A stretch of 64,000 nt of DNA from Deltaproteobacteria bacterium (lineage in GTDB: Bacteria; Myxococcota; Myxococcia; SLRQ01), in assembly GCA_029210625.1 (NCBI GenBank), contig JARGFU010000001.1, positions 201,123 through 265,122 on the forward strand, read 5' to 3'. Shown here piece after piece: positions 11,968 to 23,624 of this stretch. Numbering within the stretch: position 1 is the first letter of the stretch; every line of letters starts with the position of its first letter. A program made the translations under genes and the position numbers. The notes below the pieces were generated by a model, which made no database searches, was not told the DNA's origin, and saw only the letters and a list, made by a program, of their open reading frames with translations.

Positions 11968-12482
11968 GCGAGCTCTCCCCGGAGGTGCGTGAGCGCGCGG
12001 CGAAGATCGAGCTGCTGGTCCTCGACGTGGACGGGGTCTTCACCGACGGCCGCCTCTGGTACGGCCCCGAGGGCGAGGCGCTGAAGGCCATGGACGTGCG
12101 CGACGGCCACGGCCTGGTGATGCTGCGGGAGTGCGGTCTGAAACTCGCCGTGCTCTCGGGGCGGCCGCAGCCCCTGCTGAAGAGGCGCTTCGAGGAGCTG
12201 CGCTTCACCAAGGTGGTCGAGCGCTGCATCCGGAAGACCGAGGCCATCGCCGAGATGGCCGGCGAGCTCGGGCTCGAGCTCACCCAGGTCGCCTTCATCG
12301 GGGACGATCTCAACGATCGGGGCGCCCTCGAGTCGGTGGGCCTCTCCTGCGCTCCGGCCGACGCCGCGCCGGAGATCCGCGCGCTGGTCCACCACGTCTG
12401 CGCCGCCAGCGGAGGACGGGGCGCGGTGCGAGAGGTCTGCGAGGTGATCCTGAAGGCCCGCGGGCAGTGGCCGCCCTGGTGA
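11964..12482 (+). CDS. kdsC: KDO-8-phosphate phosphatase (HAD superfamily)
   Basis: 'LLVLDVDGVFTDG' HAD motif I and 'GDDLND' motif. The start overlaps the kdsA stop by 4 bp. Confidence 0.85.
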   Translation: MSELSPEVRERAAKIELLVLDVDGVFTDGRLWYGPEGEALKAMDVRDGHGLVMLRECGLKLAVLSGRPQPLLKRRFEELRFTKVVERCIRKTEAIAEMAGELGLELTQVAFIGDDLNDRGALESVGLSCAPADAAPEIRALVHHVCAASGGRGAVREVCEVILKARGQWPPW

Positions 12483-12907
12483 GCGGCGGCACCCAGGCCT
12501 CCCCCCGGCTGGCGACGGTGGCCGGGCTCTGCATCGGCCCCTGGATCCTCTACGCCCTCCTGGTGCCCGGCGGCACCTTCGGCTGGGTGGGCTTCGGCCT
12601 CGACGCGCTCGCGCTCGTCCTGCTCGCGGCCTGCCGGGGCCGGGGGGTCCCCCTCTACCGGCCGCCGCTCGTGCGGCTGGCCCTGGGCGGGGTCGCGCTC
12701 TCGGCGCTGCTGCGCTTCGGCGTCCTTCCCTTCGCCCTGCATGGCCCGACCGAGGAGGGCGCCCCCACGATGGAGGCCTACGGCGAGGCCCTGGAGTCCA
12801 CCGTCGCCCTCCTGCTGGGCGTCAGCCTCCTCCACCACCTCACGGTGGGGCTCTTCGCCCTCCTGCTCCTCGTCGCCCTCGTGCGGGCGAGCCGCCCCGA
12901 GGGCTGA
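12479..12907 (+). CDS. Small integral membrane protein (3-4 predicted TM helices), function unknown
   Basis: The GTG start overlaps the kdsC stop. The sequence is strongly hydrophobic ('GLCIGPWILYALLVPG', 'ALALVLLAAC', 'LLLGVSLLHHLTVGLFALLLLVALV'). It occupies the position where lptC often follows kdsC, but is not LptC-like. Confidence 0.45.
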   Translation: MSGGTQASPRLATVAGLCIGPWILYALLVPGGTFGWVGFGLDALALVLLAACRGRGVPLYRPPLVRLALGGVALSALLRFGVLPFALHGPTEEGAPTMEAYGEALESTVALLLGVSLLHHLTVGLFALLLLVALVRASRPEG

Positions 12908-12911
12908 GGCC

Positions 12912-13310
12912 TCAAGCCGGATCGACGACGGTCGCGATCTCGAACTCGGGGGGCTCGAGGATCGTCCGCTTCACCAGGCACTTGTTGGCCACCCGCTGGA
13001 GGGCGGTGTGGTACTGCTCCGGGAAGCCCGGCGGGACGTGGATGTCGATCTTCACCCGCGAGAGGAGCTTGGTCTCGGGATCTCGCTCGGTGGTCTGGGT
13101 CAGGGAGATCCCCTCGGTGGGGAGCTCCCGGGCCTGACAGAAGCCGAGGACGTAGATGCCGGCGCAGGTGGCGAGGGAGGCCAGGAAGGTGGCGAAGGGC
13201 TCGGGGGCGCTCGCCTCCCCGCCGCCGGCCACGCTCTGGTCGGTCTGGATGGTGAACCCGTCGAAGTGGGCATCGACGCGCTTTCCGCCCGGGAAGCTGA
13301 CTCTCATCTC
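12912..13310 (-). CDS. OsmC/Ohr-family peroxiredoxin-like protein
   Basis: Conserved cysteine pair ('ATCAGIYVLGFC' and 'KCLV') and length typical of OsmC. The start is taken at 'MEMRVSF'. Confidence 0.75.
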   Translation of the reverse strand, partial: EMRVSFPGGKRVDAHFDGFTIQTDQSVAGGGEASAPEPFATFLASLATCAGIYVLGFCQARELPTEGISLTQTTERDPETKLLSRVKIDIHVPPGFPEQYHTALQRVANKCLVKRTILEPPEFEIATVVDPA

Positions 13311-13318
13311 CATGGCGG

Positions 13319-15567
<2,249 letters not shown>

Positions 15568-15571
<4 letters not shown>

Positions 15572-16185
15572 GCCGCTTCATCGACGAGGGCACCACCCTC
15601 TACGACTTCATGGATCAGGTCCTGGTCGTCTGCCCCCGCTGCGCCGCGGCGGCCACCGTGAGCCGCCTGGGCGACGACACCGGCAGCCGCCTGACCTGCG
15701 GCGCCTGCGGGCACGCCCGGGCCAGCGCCGACTCCCGGGAGGCGAGCGCCGAGGCCCTCGGCCGGGTGAAGGAGAAGGGCGTCGTGCGGGCCCGCTGCCC
15801 CCGCTGCCGGAAGGTCACGGTGAAGGAGGCCCACTTCCCGCTGGTGCCCGAGCGCGAGACCCTCGTCTGCGCCTGCGGCGCCACCTTGCGAGCCCACGGC
15901 CTGGGCGGCTACCCGCCCGCCGGGAGGGCCACCGATCCCTTCTTCGGCCTGCCCCTCTGGCTCTCCCTCGAGCGGGAGCTCGGTCACCTCTGGGCGCTCA
16001 ACGGGGAGCACCTGGCCTGGCTGAAGGCCTACGTGGCCGCCGACCTGCGCGAGCAGCGCGCGCCGAACCACCACAACCTCGACGTGGTCCTGCCCGCCTG
16101 GATCAAGAGCGCGAAGCACCGCGCCGCGGTGCTCGCGCTCATCGAGAAGCTGGAGGCGAAGCTCGCCGAGGCGAGCCCGCCCTAG
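15568..16185 (+). CDS. Hypothetical double zinc-ribbon protein, translationally coupled to the upstream HK
   Basis: The start overlaps the HK stop by 4 bp. Two C-x2-C...C-x2-C clusters ('CPRCAAA...CGACGH', 'CPRCRKV...CACG'). No recognisable family. Confidence 0.55.
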
Positions 16186-16577
16186 ATCTTGTCGACGGCG
16201 GCCACGAGCTTCGCCCGGACCTCTTCGGCCACCGCGGCGATCTCGGGCGAGGCGTCGCCGGCGCTGGCCATCATCGCGATCGGGTCGATGGCCGAGACCA
16301 CCGTCTTGCCCTCGTCGGTCTCGTAGACCAGCACGTTGCAGGGCAGGAGCAGCCCGATCTCCAGCTCGGCGGAGAGCACCTTGTGGGCGAAGGGGGGGTT
16401 GCAGGCGCCGAGGATCTTGTAGCGGCGGAAGTCGACGTCGAGCTTCTTCTTCAGCGTCGCCTTCACGTCGATCTCGGTGAGCACGCCGAAGCCCTCGGTG
16501 GACAGCGCGCCGGGCACGCGGGCCAGCACGGCCTCGTAGTCCTCGTCGAAGATCCGCCGGATTCCCATGTTCTCCAT
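16182..16577 (-). CDS. DUF302-domain protein
   Basis: 'GFGVLTEIDVKATLKKKLDVDFRRYKILGACNPPFAHK' is characteristic of DUF302. A GGAGAAG ribosome-binding site precedes the ATG at 16577. The longer track ORF (to 16973) is an antisense extension. Confidence 0.75.
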   Translation of the reverse strand: MENMGIRRIFDEDYEAVLARVPGALSTEGFGVLTEIDVKATLKKKLDVDFRRYKILGACNPPFAHKVLSAELEIGLLLPCNVLVYETDEGKTVVSAIDPIAMMASAGDASPEIAAVAEEVRAKLVAAVDKI

Positions 16578-16672
16578 GTTCTTCTCCTCGGTTGGGGGCC
16601 AGCCTCGCTGGGCTCCCTCCACGTTAGGGTCGTTTGGCGGGTGAGAGCAGCTCCCGGCCCGGAAGGATTCGC

Positions 16673-17698
16673 CTACCAGCTTCCCTGGACGCGCTTCAGC
16701 ATCTCGTAGGGGTAGCCCAGCTCGAAGTCGCTGGCCTCCTCGAGACGCCCGAGCTGCTCGTCCGAGAGCTCGAGGTCGACGGCGCCGAGGTTGTCCTCGA
16801 GCTGCTCGACGGTCCGCGCGCCGACGATCACCGAGCTGACCGTGTCCTGGTGGAGGAGCCAGGCCAGCGCCACCTGGGCCGGCGAGTGCTCGGTCTCTCC
16901 TGCCACCTCGCGCAGGGCGTCGATGATCTTCCAGTTGCGCTCGTCGTCGAAGCTCTCGTAGCGCTTGGCCCACTTCTCCAGCCGGCTGCCCGCCGGCGCC
17001 ACCTCGCCCTTGCGGTACTTGCCCGAGAGGAAGCCGCTGGCCAGCGGCGACCAGGGGAGGATCCCCAGGCCGTGGTGCCGGCAGAGGGGCACGTGCTCCC
17101 GCTCGAGGCCCCGGTGGACCAGGCTGTACTGGGCCTGGAGGGTCACGTAGGGCGACCAGCCGTGGGTGCCGGCCAGATCCAGGCTCTCCACCAGGCGGTA
17201 GGCGGCGTAGTTCGAGCAGCCCAGGTAGAGGACCTTGCCCTCGCGCACCAGGTCGTCGAGCGCCCGGAGGGTCTCCTCCTCCGGGGTCTCGATGTCCTGC
17301 ATGTGGATCTGGTAGAGGTCGACGTGGTCGGTGCCCAGGCGGCGGAGGCTACCCTCGATCGCCCGCTTGATGTAGCGGCGGGAGGCGCCGGTGCCGTTGG
17401 GGCCCTCGCCCATCCGGAAGCGGAACTTGGTGGCGAGCACCGTCTCGTCCCGGGCGCTGCGGTCGGCCAGCCACTTGCCGACGACCTTCTCGGCCAGGCC
17501 GTCCTGCCCGTAGACGTCGGCCACGTCGATGAAGTTGATCCCGGCCTCGCGGGCGCGGTCCATGATCTCGAAGGAGACCCCCTCGCTCGCGCTGACCTGA
17601 TGCATGAAGCTCTGGTCGTCCGCCTCGCCGAAGGTCATCGCGCCCAGGCAGAGGCTCGAGACCTTCACCCCGCTGCGTCCCAGCTGCCGGTATTCCAT
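16673..17698 (-). CDS. Aldo/keto reductase
   Basis: 'MEYRQLGRSGVKVSSLCLGAMTFG' N-terminus, 'IDVADVYG' and 'LYLGCSNY' AKR motifs. This is the C-terminal in-frame segment of a 1209-aa track ORF whose upstream part is spurious. Confidence 0.9.
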   Translation of the reverse strand: MEYRQLGRSGVKVSSLCLGAMTFGEADDQSFMHQVSASEGVSFEIMDRAREAGINFIDVADVYGQDGLAEKVVGKWLADRSARDETVLATKFRFRMGEGPNGTGASRRYIKRAIEGSLRRLGTDHVDLYQIHMQDIETPEEETLRALDDLVREGKVLYLGCSNYAAYRLVESLDLAGTHGWSPYVTLQAQYSLVHRGLEREHVPLCRHHGLGILPWSPLASGFLSGKYRKGEVAPAGSRLEKWAKRYESFDDERNWKIIDALREVAGETEHSPAQVALAWLLHQDTVSSVIVGARTVEQLEDNLGAVDLELSDEQLGRLEEASDFELGYPYEMLKRVQGSW

Positions 17699-17770
17699 CG
17701 CTCGTCCCTTCTCAACGATCGGGTTGCCTCGGTGTATGGTCCTGCGGCACCCCCGGGTCAAGGAGGGACC

Positions 17771-20290
17771 ATGCCCATCACCCTGCTCCGCGCCGCGCTC
17801 CCCGCCCTGCTCCTGCTCTCGCTCGTGGGCTGTCGAGAGAAGGTCAGCTCCCGCACCGTCACCTCGGGTGAGCTCTCGGTGGAGCTCCCGGAGGAGGGCG
17901 GCCTGCGCGTGATGCGCGGCGACACGTTGCTGCTCGGCTCCCCCGCGAGCGCCGACCCCACCCTCGACGAGCGCAACCGCCGGGGCGCCGCCTTCGCCCC
18001 CTTCGCCCTGGCCGAGACCAGCTTCCTGGAGGTCGAGGAGTTCTACGGCTTCCACGACTTCGACGAGGACGTGGAGCCCTTCGTCTCCCTCGTGCCCACC
18101 GACCTCCTCGTCGACGGCGCCCGGATGCTCTTCTCCTTCGAGGGGGGCGGCGACGGCGCGATCACGATCCACGACGACGGGGCGATCCAGATCCACTGGA
18201 CCGTGCCCGAGACGCGCGGCGACCGCCTGGCGATGAGCTTCGACTGCGTCCCCGACGAGCGCTACTTCGGCCTGGGCGCCCAGGTCAGCGCCGAGCACCG
18301 GGGCTGGCGGGTGCCGATCTGGACCACCGAGCAGGGCGTGGGCAAGGACGATCGCGGTGAGCCCCAGACCCTCTTCGGCGTCATCGGCCGCTACTACGAC
18401 AGCTACGCGCCGGTGCCCTTCGCCCTCTCCTCCCGGCCTCTGGGGATCTGGCTGGAGGGGACCGACCGCAACTTCTTCGACCTCTGCGACGACGCCGACC
18501 GGCTCCGGATCGAGAGCCACAGCCCGGGCCGCGACTTCGACCTGTGGATCGCCGCCGGCGAGACCATGGCCGAGAGCCACGCGGTCTTCACCGCCCGCAC
18601 CGGCCGCCCCGAGCCGGTGGCCCGATGGACCTTCGCCCCCTGGGCCGACACCTTCGGCGGCCCCACCGGCATCGCCGACGCGCTCGCCCTCCTGCGCGAT
18701 CGCGACATCCCCACCTCGGCGATCTGGGCGGAGGACTGGGTGGGCACCCTCGACGCGCTGGGCGGTGAGCACCTCGCCTACGACTGGGAGGAGGATCCCG
18801 CCCGCTACCCCGACCTGGCCGGCACCGCCGACGCGGTCCACGCCGCGGGGATGCGCCTGCTGGTCTACCTGAACCCCTACGTCCCGCGGGACGCGAGCAC
18901 CCGGACCCCGCTCTTCGAGGCGGGCGCCCTGGCCCGGGACGCGCAGGGCGGCGTCATCGAGCTGGCCTTCCCCTTCGGCGAGCCCCCCGCCTACTACGAC
19001 ATGACCCGCGCCGGCGCCCGGGAGATCTTCCACGGCTACCTCCAGCGCGCGGTGGCCAAGGGCGTGGACGGCTGGATGGCCGACTACGGCGAGGAGTTCC
19101 CCTTCGAGGCCGTCGCCGGCGACGGCCGGCCCGGCTCGGAGGCCCACAACGCCTACCCCTCGATGTGGGCCCGGGAGAGCACCGACTACTGGCGGGCCGA
19201 GCGCCCGGACGACGACTGGGCGATCTTCACCCGCTCCGGCCACACCGGCGTCGCCGCCGACACCCACATCCACTGGCTGGGCGACCAGCTCACCTCCTTC
19301 GATCGCAACGACGGCTTCGGCTCGGTCCTGCCCCTCTACCTCTCGGCCGGCCTCTCGGGCATCGCCCTGACCCACTCGGACGTCGGCGGCTACACCAGCG
19401 TGCCGGGCAAGGAGCGCACCTTCGAGGTCTGGGCGCGGTGGCTGGCCTTCGAGGCCTTCACCCCCTTCCTGCGCACCCACCACACCTCCTCCCCGGCCGC
19501 GGCCGTCCAGTGGTGGACCGACGACACCACCCTCGCCCTCTACGGGAGGTACGCCCGCTGGCACCAGCGGCTGATGCCCTACTTCGCCGGCGTGGTCGGC
19601 GAGGCCGTCGCGGGCGGCGTGCCCGCCGTGCGGCCGGTCTGGTGGGGGAACGAGGGCGAGGAGACCCTCCTCGACATCGAGGATCAGGTCCTCTGCGGTG
19701 GCGACCTCCTCCTCGCCCCGATCGTCACCGAGGGCGCCACCGAGCGCAGCGTCTCCCTCCCGCCGGGCCGCTGGCGGCGCTGGAGCGACTTCGCCTCTCC
19801 CCTGGGCGCCGCCGAGCGCGGCACCGTGCAGGCCACCACCGCCATCGAGGACGCCTCGGTCTGGGTGCGGACCGGCGCGGTGATCCCGCTGCTCCCCGAG
19901 GACTACGAGAGCCTGATCGTCCCGCGCGGCGAGCACGCGCAGCCCACCGCCGACGTCACCCTGGCGCCGGCGAGCCTGGACCACCTCCTGCTGATGGTGG
20001 TCGGCGGAGGCAGCGGCCAGCAGACCCTCGGCGGCTATGGCCTGCCCGAGGTGAGCTTCGACTGGCAGGGTGAGGCGATCACCTCGGGCCCCTTCACCCG
20101 GGTGCTCAACGGCGCCGGCGACCTGCCGGCCTGCGGCAGCCCGGCCGAGCTCGACTGCATCGAGGGCGACCTCGCCCGCCTCGGCCCGACCTCCCTCGCC
20201 GGGACCATCGACATCCGGGCCGCGAGCGGCAATGGCCTGCTCACCGTCAGCGGCAGCGGCCTCGCCCGCCTCGACCTCCAGCTGCGCTAA
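17771..20290 (+). CDS. Glycoside hydrolase family 31 (alpha-glucosidase/alpha-xylosidase-like) lipoprotein
   Basis: Lipobox 'LLSLVGC' and GH31 catalytic-region motifs ('IWAEDW', 'WMADYGE', 'GGYTS', 'RWLAFEAFTPFLRTH'). The TAA stop lies inside the left end of the MITE-like repeat. Confidence 0.8.
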   Translation: MPITLLRAALPALLLLSLVGCREKVSSRTVTSGELSVELPEEGGLRVMRGDTLLLGSPASADPTLDERNRRGAAFAPFALAETSFLEVEEFYGFHDFDEDVEPFVSLVPTDLLVDGARMLFSFEGGGDGAITIHDDGAIQIHWTVPETRGDRLAMSFDCVPDERYFGLGAQVSAEHRGWRVPIWTTEQGVGKDDRGEPQTLFGVIGRYYDSYAPVPFALSSRPLGIWLEGTDRNFFDLCDDADRLRIESHSPGRDFDLWIAAGETMAESHAVFTARTGRPEPVARWTFAPWADTFGGPTGIADALALLRDRDIPTSAIWAEDWVGTLDALGGEHLAYDWEEDPARYPDLAGTADAVHAAGMRLLVYLNPYVPRDASTRTPLFEAGALARDAQGGVIELAFPFGEPPAYYDMTRAGAREIFHGYLQRAVAKGVDGWMADYGEEFPFEAVAGDGRPGSEAHNAYPSMWARESTDYWRAERPDDDWAIFTRSGHTGVAADTHIHWLGDQLTSFDRNDGFGSVLPLYLSAGLSGIALTHSDVGGYTSVPGKERTFEVWARWLAFEAFTPFLRTHHTSSPAAAVQWWTDDTTLALYGRYARWHQRLMPYFAGVVGEAVAGGVPAVRPVWWGNEGEETLLDIEDQVLCGGDLLLAPIVTEGATERSVSLPPGRWRRWSDFASPLGAAERGTVQATTAIEDASVWVRTGAVIPLLPEDYESLIVPRGEHAQPTADVTLAPASLDHLLLMVVGGGSGQQTLGGYGLPEVSFDWQGEAITSGPFTRVLNGAGDLPACGSPAELDCIEGDLARLGPTSLAGTIDIRAASGNGLLTVSGSGLARLDLQLR

Positions 20291-20450
20291 ACCAGAGATC
20301 ATGATTCCCGAACAGCGGATGGCGCCGCGGACGTGCCCGGATGCAAGGAAGGGTGAGGGAGCCTAGCCTTAGCTAGGTGACCGAGGCCTGACGCCGCAGG
20401 CGGGTGCGGCCTGCAAGCCAAACGTGATCGGGAATCGTGATTTCTGGTTT
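20284..20450 (+). mobile_element. MITE-like ~167-bp element, copy A (imperfect ~26-bp terminal inverted repeats)
   Basis: This copy is ~97% identical to copy B at 21780-21947 (a handful of substitutions and one single-base indel). Left terminal repeat 'gctaaaccagagatcatgattcccga', right end 'tcgggaatcgtgatttctggtttagc' (reverse complement). There is an internal GC-rich hairpin 'gcaggcgggtgcggcctgc'. Confidence 0.7.
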
Positions 20451-20837
20451 AGCGAACCCTCCGGGTTCGGGCCCCTTTTCTCGGGCTCTGCCCTCGAAAA
20501 CGGGCGTGCTGCCAACGGCGAACCCTATTGGGATAGGCTGCGGGCCATGCCGATCCGCAGCCAGTTCTTCGAGCGACTCCATCCCCGTCGATCCGTCCTC
20601 CAGCGCACCCGCCGCCGCGAGGAGCTCCCCGAGATCGCCCTCTACGTCGACTGGGTGCCGGGCACCGGCCAGCGCAAGCTGCTCGACGCCGAGGGCAAGG
20701 AGCACGTCTTCGACGACGGCACCGTGGAGAGCAACTACAAGCTCGCCAGCGGCGGGACCGCGAAGAAGCTCATCGCCAAGCACTGGGCGAAGGAAGAGGC
20801 CAAGAAGGAGGCCCCCTTCAAGAAGGCCGAGTCCTAG
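20424..20837 (+). CDS. Small hypothetical protein (Lys-rich C-terminus); an ATG alternative at 20547 gives ~96 aa
   Basis: The ORF begins (GTG) inside the right terminal repeat of copy A. The coding likelihood is only moderate and there is no recognisable domain. Confidence 0.35.
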   Translation: MIGNRDFWFSEPSGFGPLFSGSALENGRAANGEPYWDRLRAMPIRSQFFERLHPRRSVLQRTRRREELPEIALYVDWVPGTGQRKLLDAEGKEHVFDDGTVESNYKLASGGTAKKLIAKHWAKEEAKKEAPFKKAES

Positions 20838-21733
20838 CCAGCACGCCGCAGGACCTCGGCGCCCATCCGGGCGTGGCGGGGGGTGTCCTGCAGGCCGGTG
20901 TCGAGCAGGACGACGCCGATGAGGATGGCCCAGCCGCGGGCGCGGGCCCAGGTCGCCTCCGAGACCTCGCCGTAAGCCTCCCGCGCGGCGCGGCGCGCGG
21001 CCGCGTCGGGCAGCAGCATCCAGAGGGCGTCGAGGTCGCAGGCCGGGTCGCCCGCGCAGAGGTCGCCCCAGTCGATGACGCCGGTGATCGCGCCCTCCCG
21101 CGCGAGCACGTTGCGGGCGTGGAGGTCACCGTGGAGCCAGGTGGGCGAGCGGTCGAGCGGCGCCTCCTGCGCCTCCTCCCAGGCGGAGCGGATCCGCGGC
21201 GTGATCGCGTCGGTCGTGCGCGCCAGCCGCTCCATCCGCTCCCGCACGCCCTCGACCCGCGCCGAGAGCGGGACGCCGCGCACCTCGCTCGTCGGGGCCC
21301 CCTCGGGGGCCGGCCGGTGGAGGGCCCGCAGGAAGCCGCCGAGGACCTCGGCCTGATCGGCGCGGAGCGGGCTGCGGTCCACCGCCTCCCCCGGCAGCCA
21401 GGGCACGACGCTCCAGGCCCAGGGGTAGCGCTCGGTGGGCTCGCCGGGGTGCAGCGGCGCGGGCACCGGCAGGGGGAGCCCGGGGGCCAGCACCGGGAGC
21501 CACGCCTGCTCCCGCCGGAGGAGCAGGTCGCCGATGGCCCGCCGCGGCACCCTCACCGCCAGCTCCTCCCCCAGCCGCCAGGTGGCGTTGTCCCAGCCGC
21601 TCTCGACGTGGGTGAGCGGGAGGCCGGCGAGCTCCGGCTGCTCTTCCTCCAGCAGCGAGCGCACGAGCGCCTCGTCGATCTCCACCTCCGCCGGCGGCGT
21701 GCCGTTCCCGTGATGGTCGTTCGCGTCGCTCAT
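20834..21733 (-). CDS. Aminoglycoside/small-molecule phosphotransferase (APH family) kinase
   Basis: 'WLHGDLHARNVL' catalytic loop and 'IDWGDLCAGDPACDL' DFG-equivalent motif of the APH family. Confidence 0.8.
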   Translation of the reverse strand: MSDANDHHGNGTPPAEVEIDEALVRSLLEEEQPELAGLPLTHVESGWDNATWRLGEELAVRVPRRAIGDLLLRREQAWLPVLAPGLPLPVPAPLHPGEPTERYPWAWSVVPWLPGEAVDRSPLRADQAEVLGGFLRALHRPAPEGAPTSEVRGVPLSARVEGVRERMERLARTTDAITPRIRSAWEEAQEAPLDRSPTWLHGDLHARNVLAREGAITGVIDWGDLCAGDPACDLDALWMLLPDAAARRAAREAYGEVSEATWARARGWAILIGVVLLDTGLQDTPRHARMGAEVLRRAG

Positions 21734-21779
21734 CGCGGCGCCAAGACTACCCCCTCGCGGTGGAAGGATCGCCCTCGAG

Positions 21780-21947
21780 GCGCTAAACCAGAGATCATGA
21801 TTCCCGAACAGCGGATGGCGCCGCGGACGTGCCCGGATGCAAGGAAGGGTGAGGGAGCCTAGCCTTAGCTATGCGACCGAGGCCTGACGCCGCAGGCGGG
21901 TGCGGCCTGCAAGCCAGAGGCGATCGGGAATCGTGATTTCTGGTTTT
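21780..21947 (+). mobile_element. MITE-like element, copy B (direct orientation relative to copy A)
   Basis: Read directly from the sequence. It shares the 5' 'gcgctaaaccagagatcatgattcccgaacagcggatggcgccgcggacgtgcccggatgcaaggaagggtgagggagcctagccttagcta' and the 3' '...gatcgggaatcgtgatttctggttt' with copy A. Confidence 0.7.
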
Positions 21948-21985
21948 GCCCCTGGAGCCGGGCCACCGCGAGCAGCGGCGTTGGC

Positions 21986-23585
21986 TCAGGGCGTCCAGAG
22001 CGGGCCTCCCCAGATCTCGTGGACCCACTCCGGGTGATCCACGAAGGGGTTCCGGTTACGCTGATAGTCCCGGAAGATGATCTCGTTGCGCTGGACCTCC
22101 CGGGCGTCGGGGGGATCGAGGAGGTGCCACTGCAGCATCTCGGAGAGCTTGCCGTGCCGCGGCGTGCTCATGTGCTGGTTGTTGTCCGGCACCCCCTGGG
22201 CGTTGAGGAGCGAGGGGATGACCTCCTCCAGCTCGAGGTCCGGCATGGGGTGATCGTCGGGATCTCCCTCGTAGCGCACGGCCATGTAGAAGAGGACGCG
22301 GGCGACGTCGCCCTTCACGAAGTCGGGGGGCTCGAAGGAGTAGTCGGGGACGATCCGGCACTCGGTGTCCGAGTAGAGGTCGCCGCCGGCGGCGAAGTCG
22401 AGGTGCCAGCGCACGCTGTTCACGTCGGGGCGGGTGGGCCGCAGGGCGTGCAGGTCGCTGTAGCCGGCCCAGCCGTCGTAGCCGAAGCCGCCGTGGCTCT
22501 TGGCCCAGACGTGCTCCTTGTTGAAGTCCGCGGTGGTCGAGCGGCCCGTGTAGAACTGGATCACCGCGCTCGAGTCGGCGGGGTCCACGTCCGTCGCGTG
22601 GAAGACCGAGGAGGCCTCCGAGTAGGGCACGATCACGTGATCCCGGATGATCGTGTTGAGCGCGGCCTTGAGGGCGTCGCCCGTCAGGCCCATCGCCCGC
22701 TCGTAGTAGGTCTCGAGGGTCTCGCCGACGATCTGCCAGCTGCCGGCATCGCGCCCTTCGGCGTAGGGGTTGCGCAGGCGGGGCCAGTCGCGATCGACGT
22801 CCGCGATGCGCAGGGCGTCGGCCTCGGCGCTCCCCGGCCACTGCCCCTGGGCCACCACCGCCTCGGCCGCGGCCAGGGCGTCGAGCTCCAGCCAGTCGGT
22901 CTGGTTCATGTTGGTGACGTAGAGGACCGCGTCGAGGATCGTGCCGTCGTGGGCCTCGAGCCAGAGCACGCCGTGCTTGAAGCTCGGCCCGAAGGGCTCG
23001 ACCGAGGTCACGTCCCAGACCTCCGGGTTGTTGTCGGTCTTCTGGACGTCGGTGCCCCCCGGGTAGGTCGCGCCGTGGATCCGGATCACGTCTCCGACCT
23101 CGAGGGGGAGCTCGAACTCGGTGGAGGAGAGCTCGTGGTTCACGTAGCGGTGGTTCGCCGCCTTGTAGCTCCAGCCCCCGGCCGCCTCGAGGGCCGCGAG
23201 CCCCTCGGGGTCCGCCACCGTGACCTCCACCCAGGTGTCGCCCTGATCGGCGACGGGCCCCAGGTAGGAGAGGCCGAAGGCCGAGAAGAAGATCGGCGGG
23301 TGGGCCGCGTAGGGTGAGCCGCCGTCGGTGAGGCCACCGTCGCTGCCGCCGTCCTCGCCGCCCCCCCCCATCGGTCCCGGCGTCGAGGCCGCCGTCGGGA
23401 CCGGCGTCGCTGGCGCCCCCGTCGGGCTCGCCGCCGTCGGGCTCGCCGCCGTCGGTGATCGCGCCGTCGGGCTCACCGCCGTCCGGGGTCCCGCTTCCGG
23501 GAGAGGGGCAGGCCGTCAGGAGCAGGCCGCAGAGGAGGGCGATGGCGGCGCCGATCGCCGCCCGGTGTCGTTCGAGGTGCCTCAC
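21986..23585 (-). CDS. Secreted lipoprotein nuclease: DGG-rich linker + lamin-tail-like domain + endonuclease I domain; interrupted by a +1 frameshift in a G9 tract
   Basis: The signal/lipobox 'AIALLCGLLLTAC' and DGG-repeat linker are in the frame of track ORF 22056..23585. The remaining 496 aa are in the frame of ORF 21986..23476 ('FNKEHVWAKSHGGF', 'RNRNPFVDHPEW' endonuclease I motifs). The two frames join at the homopolymer at 23361-23369, and removing one G restores '...AGTDGGGGEDGG...'. Confidence 0.75.
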
Positions 23586-23624
23586 GGCCCTCTATCTTGC
23601 CAGCGCGAAACCGGGAGCGACAGC

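Noticed and set aside
16578-16973. N-terminal extension of the DUF302 ORF to 263 aa
   Set aside because: The extension is Arg/Gly-rich and antisense-like. A good ribosome-binding site precedes the internal ATG at 16577, and DUF302 proteins are ~130 aa.
17699-20302. Upstream ~870 aa of the 1209-aa minus-strand ORF, and the plus-strand ORF segment 16634-17770
   Set aside because: Only the segments 16673-17698 (aldo/keto reductase, minus) and 17771-20290 (GH31, plus) have protein-like sequence. The remainder is an out-of-frame or antisense extension.
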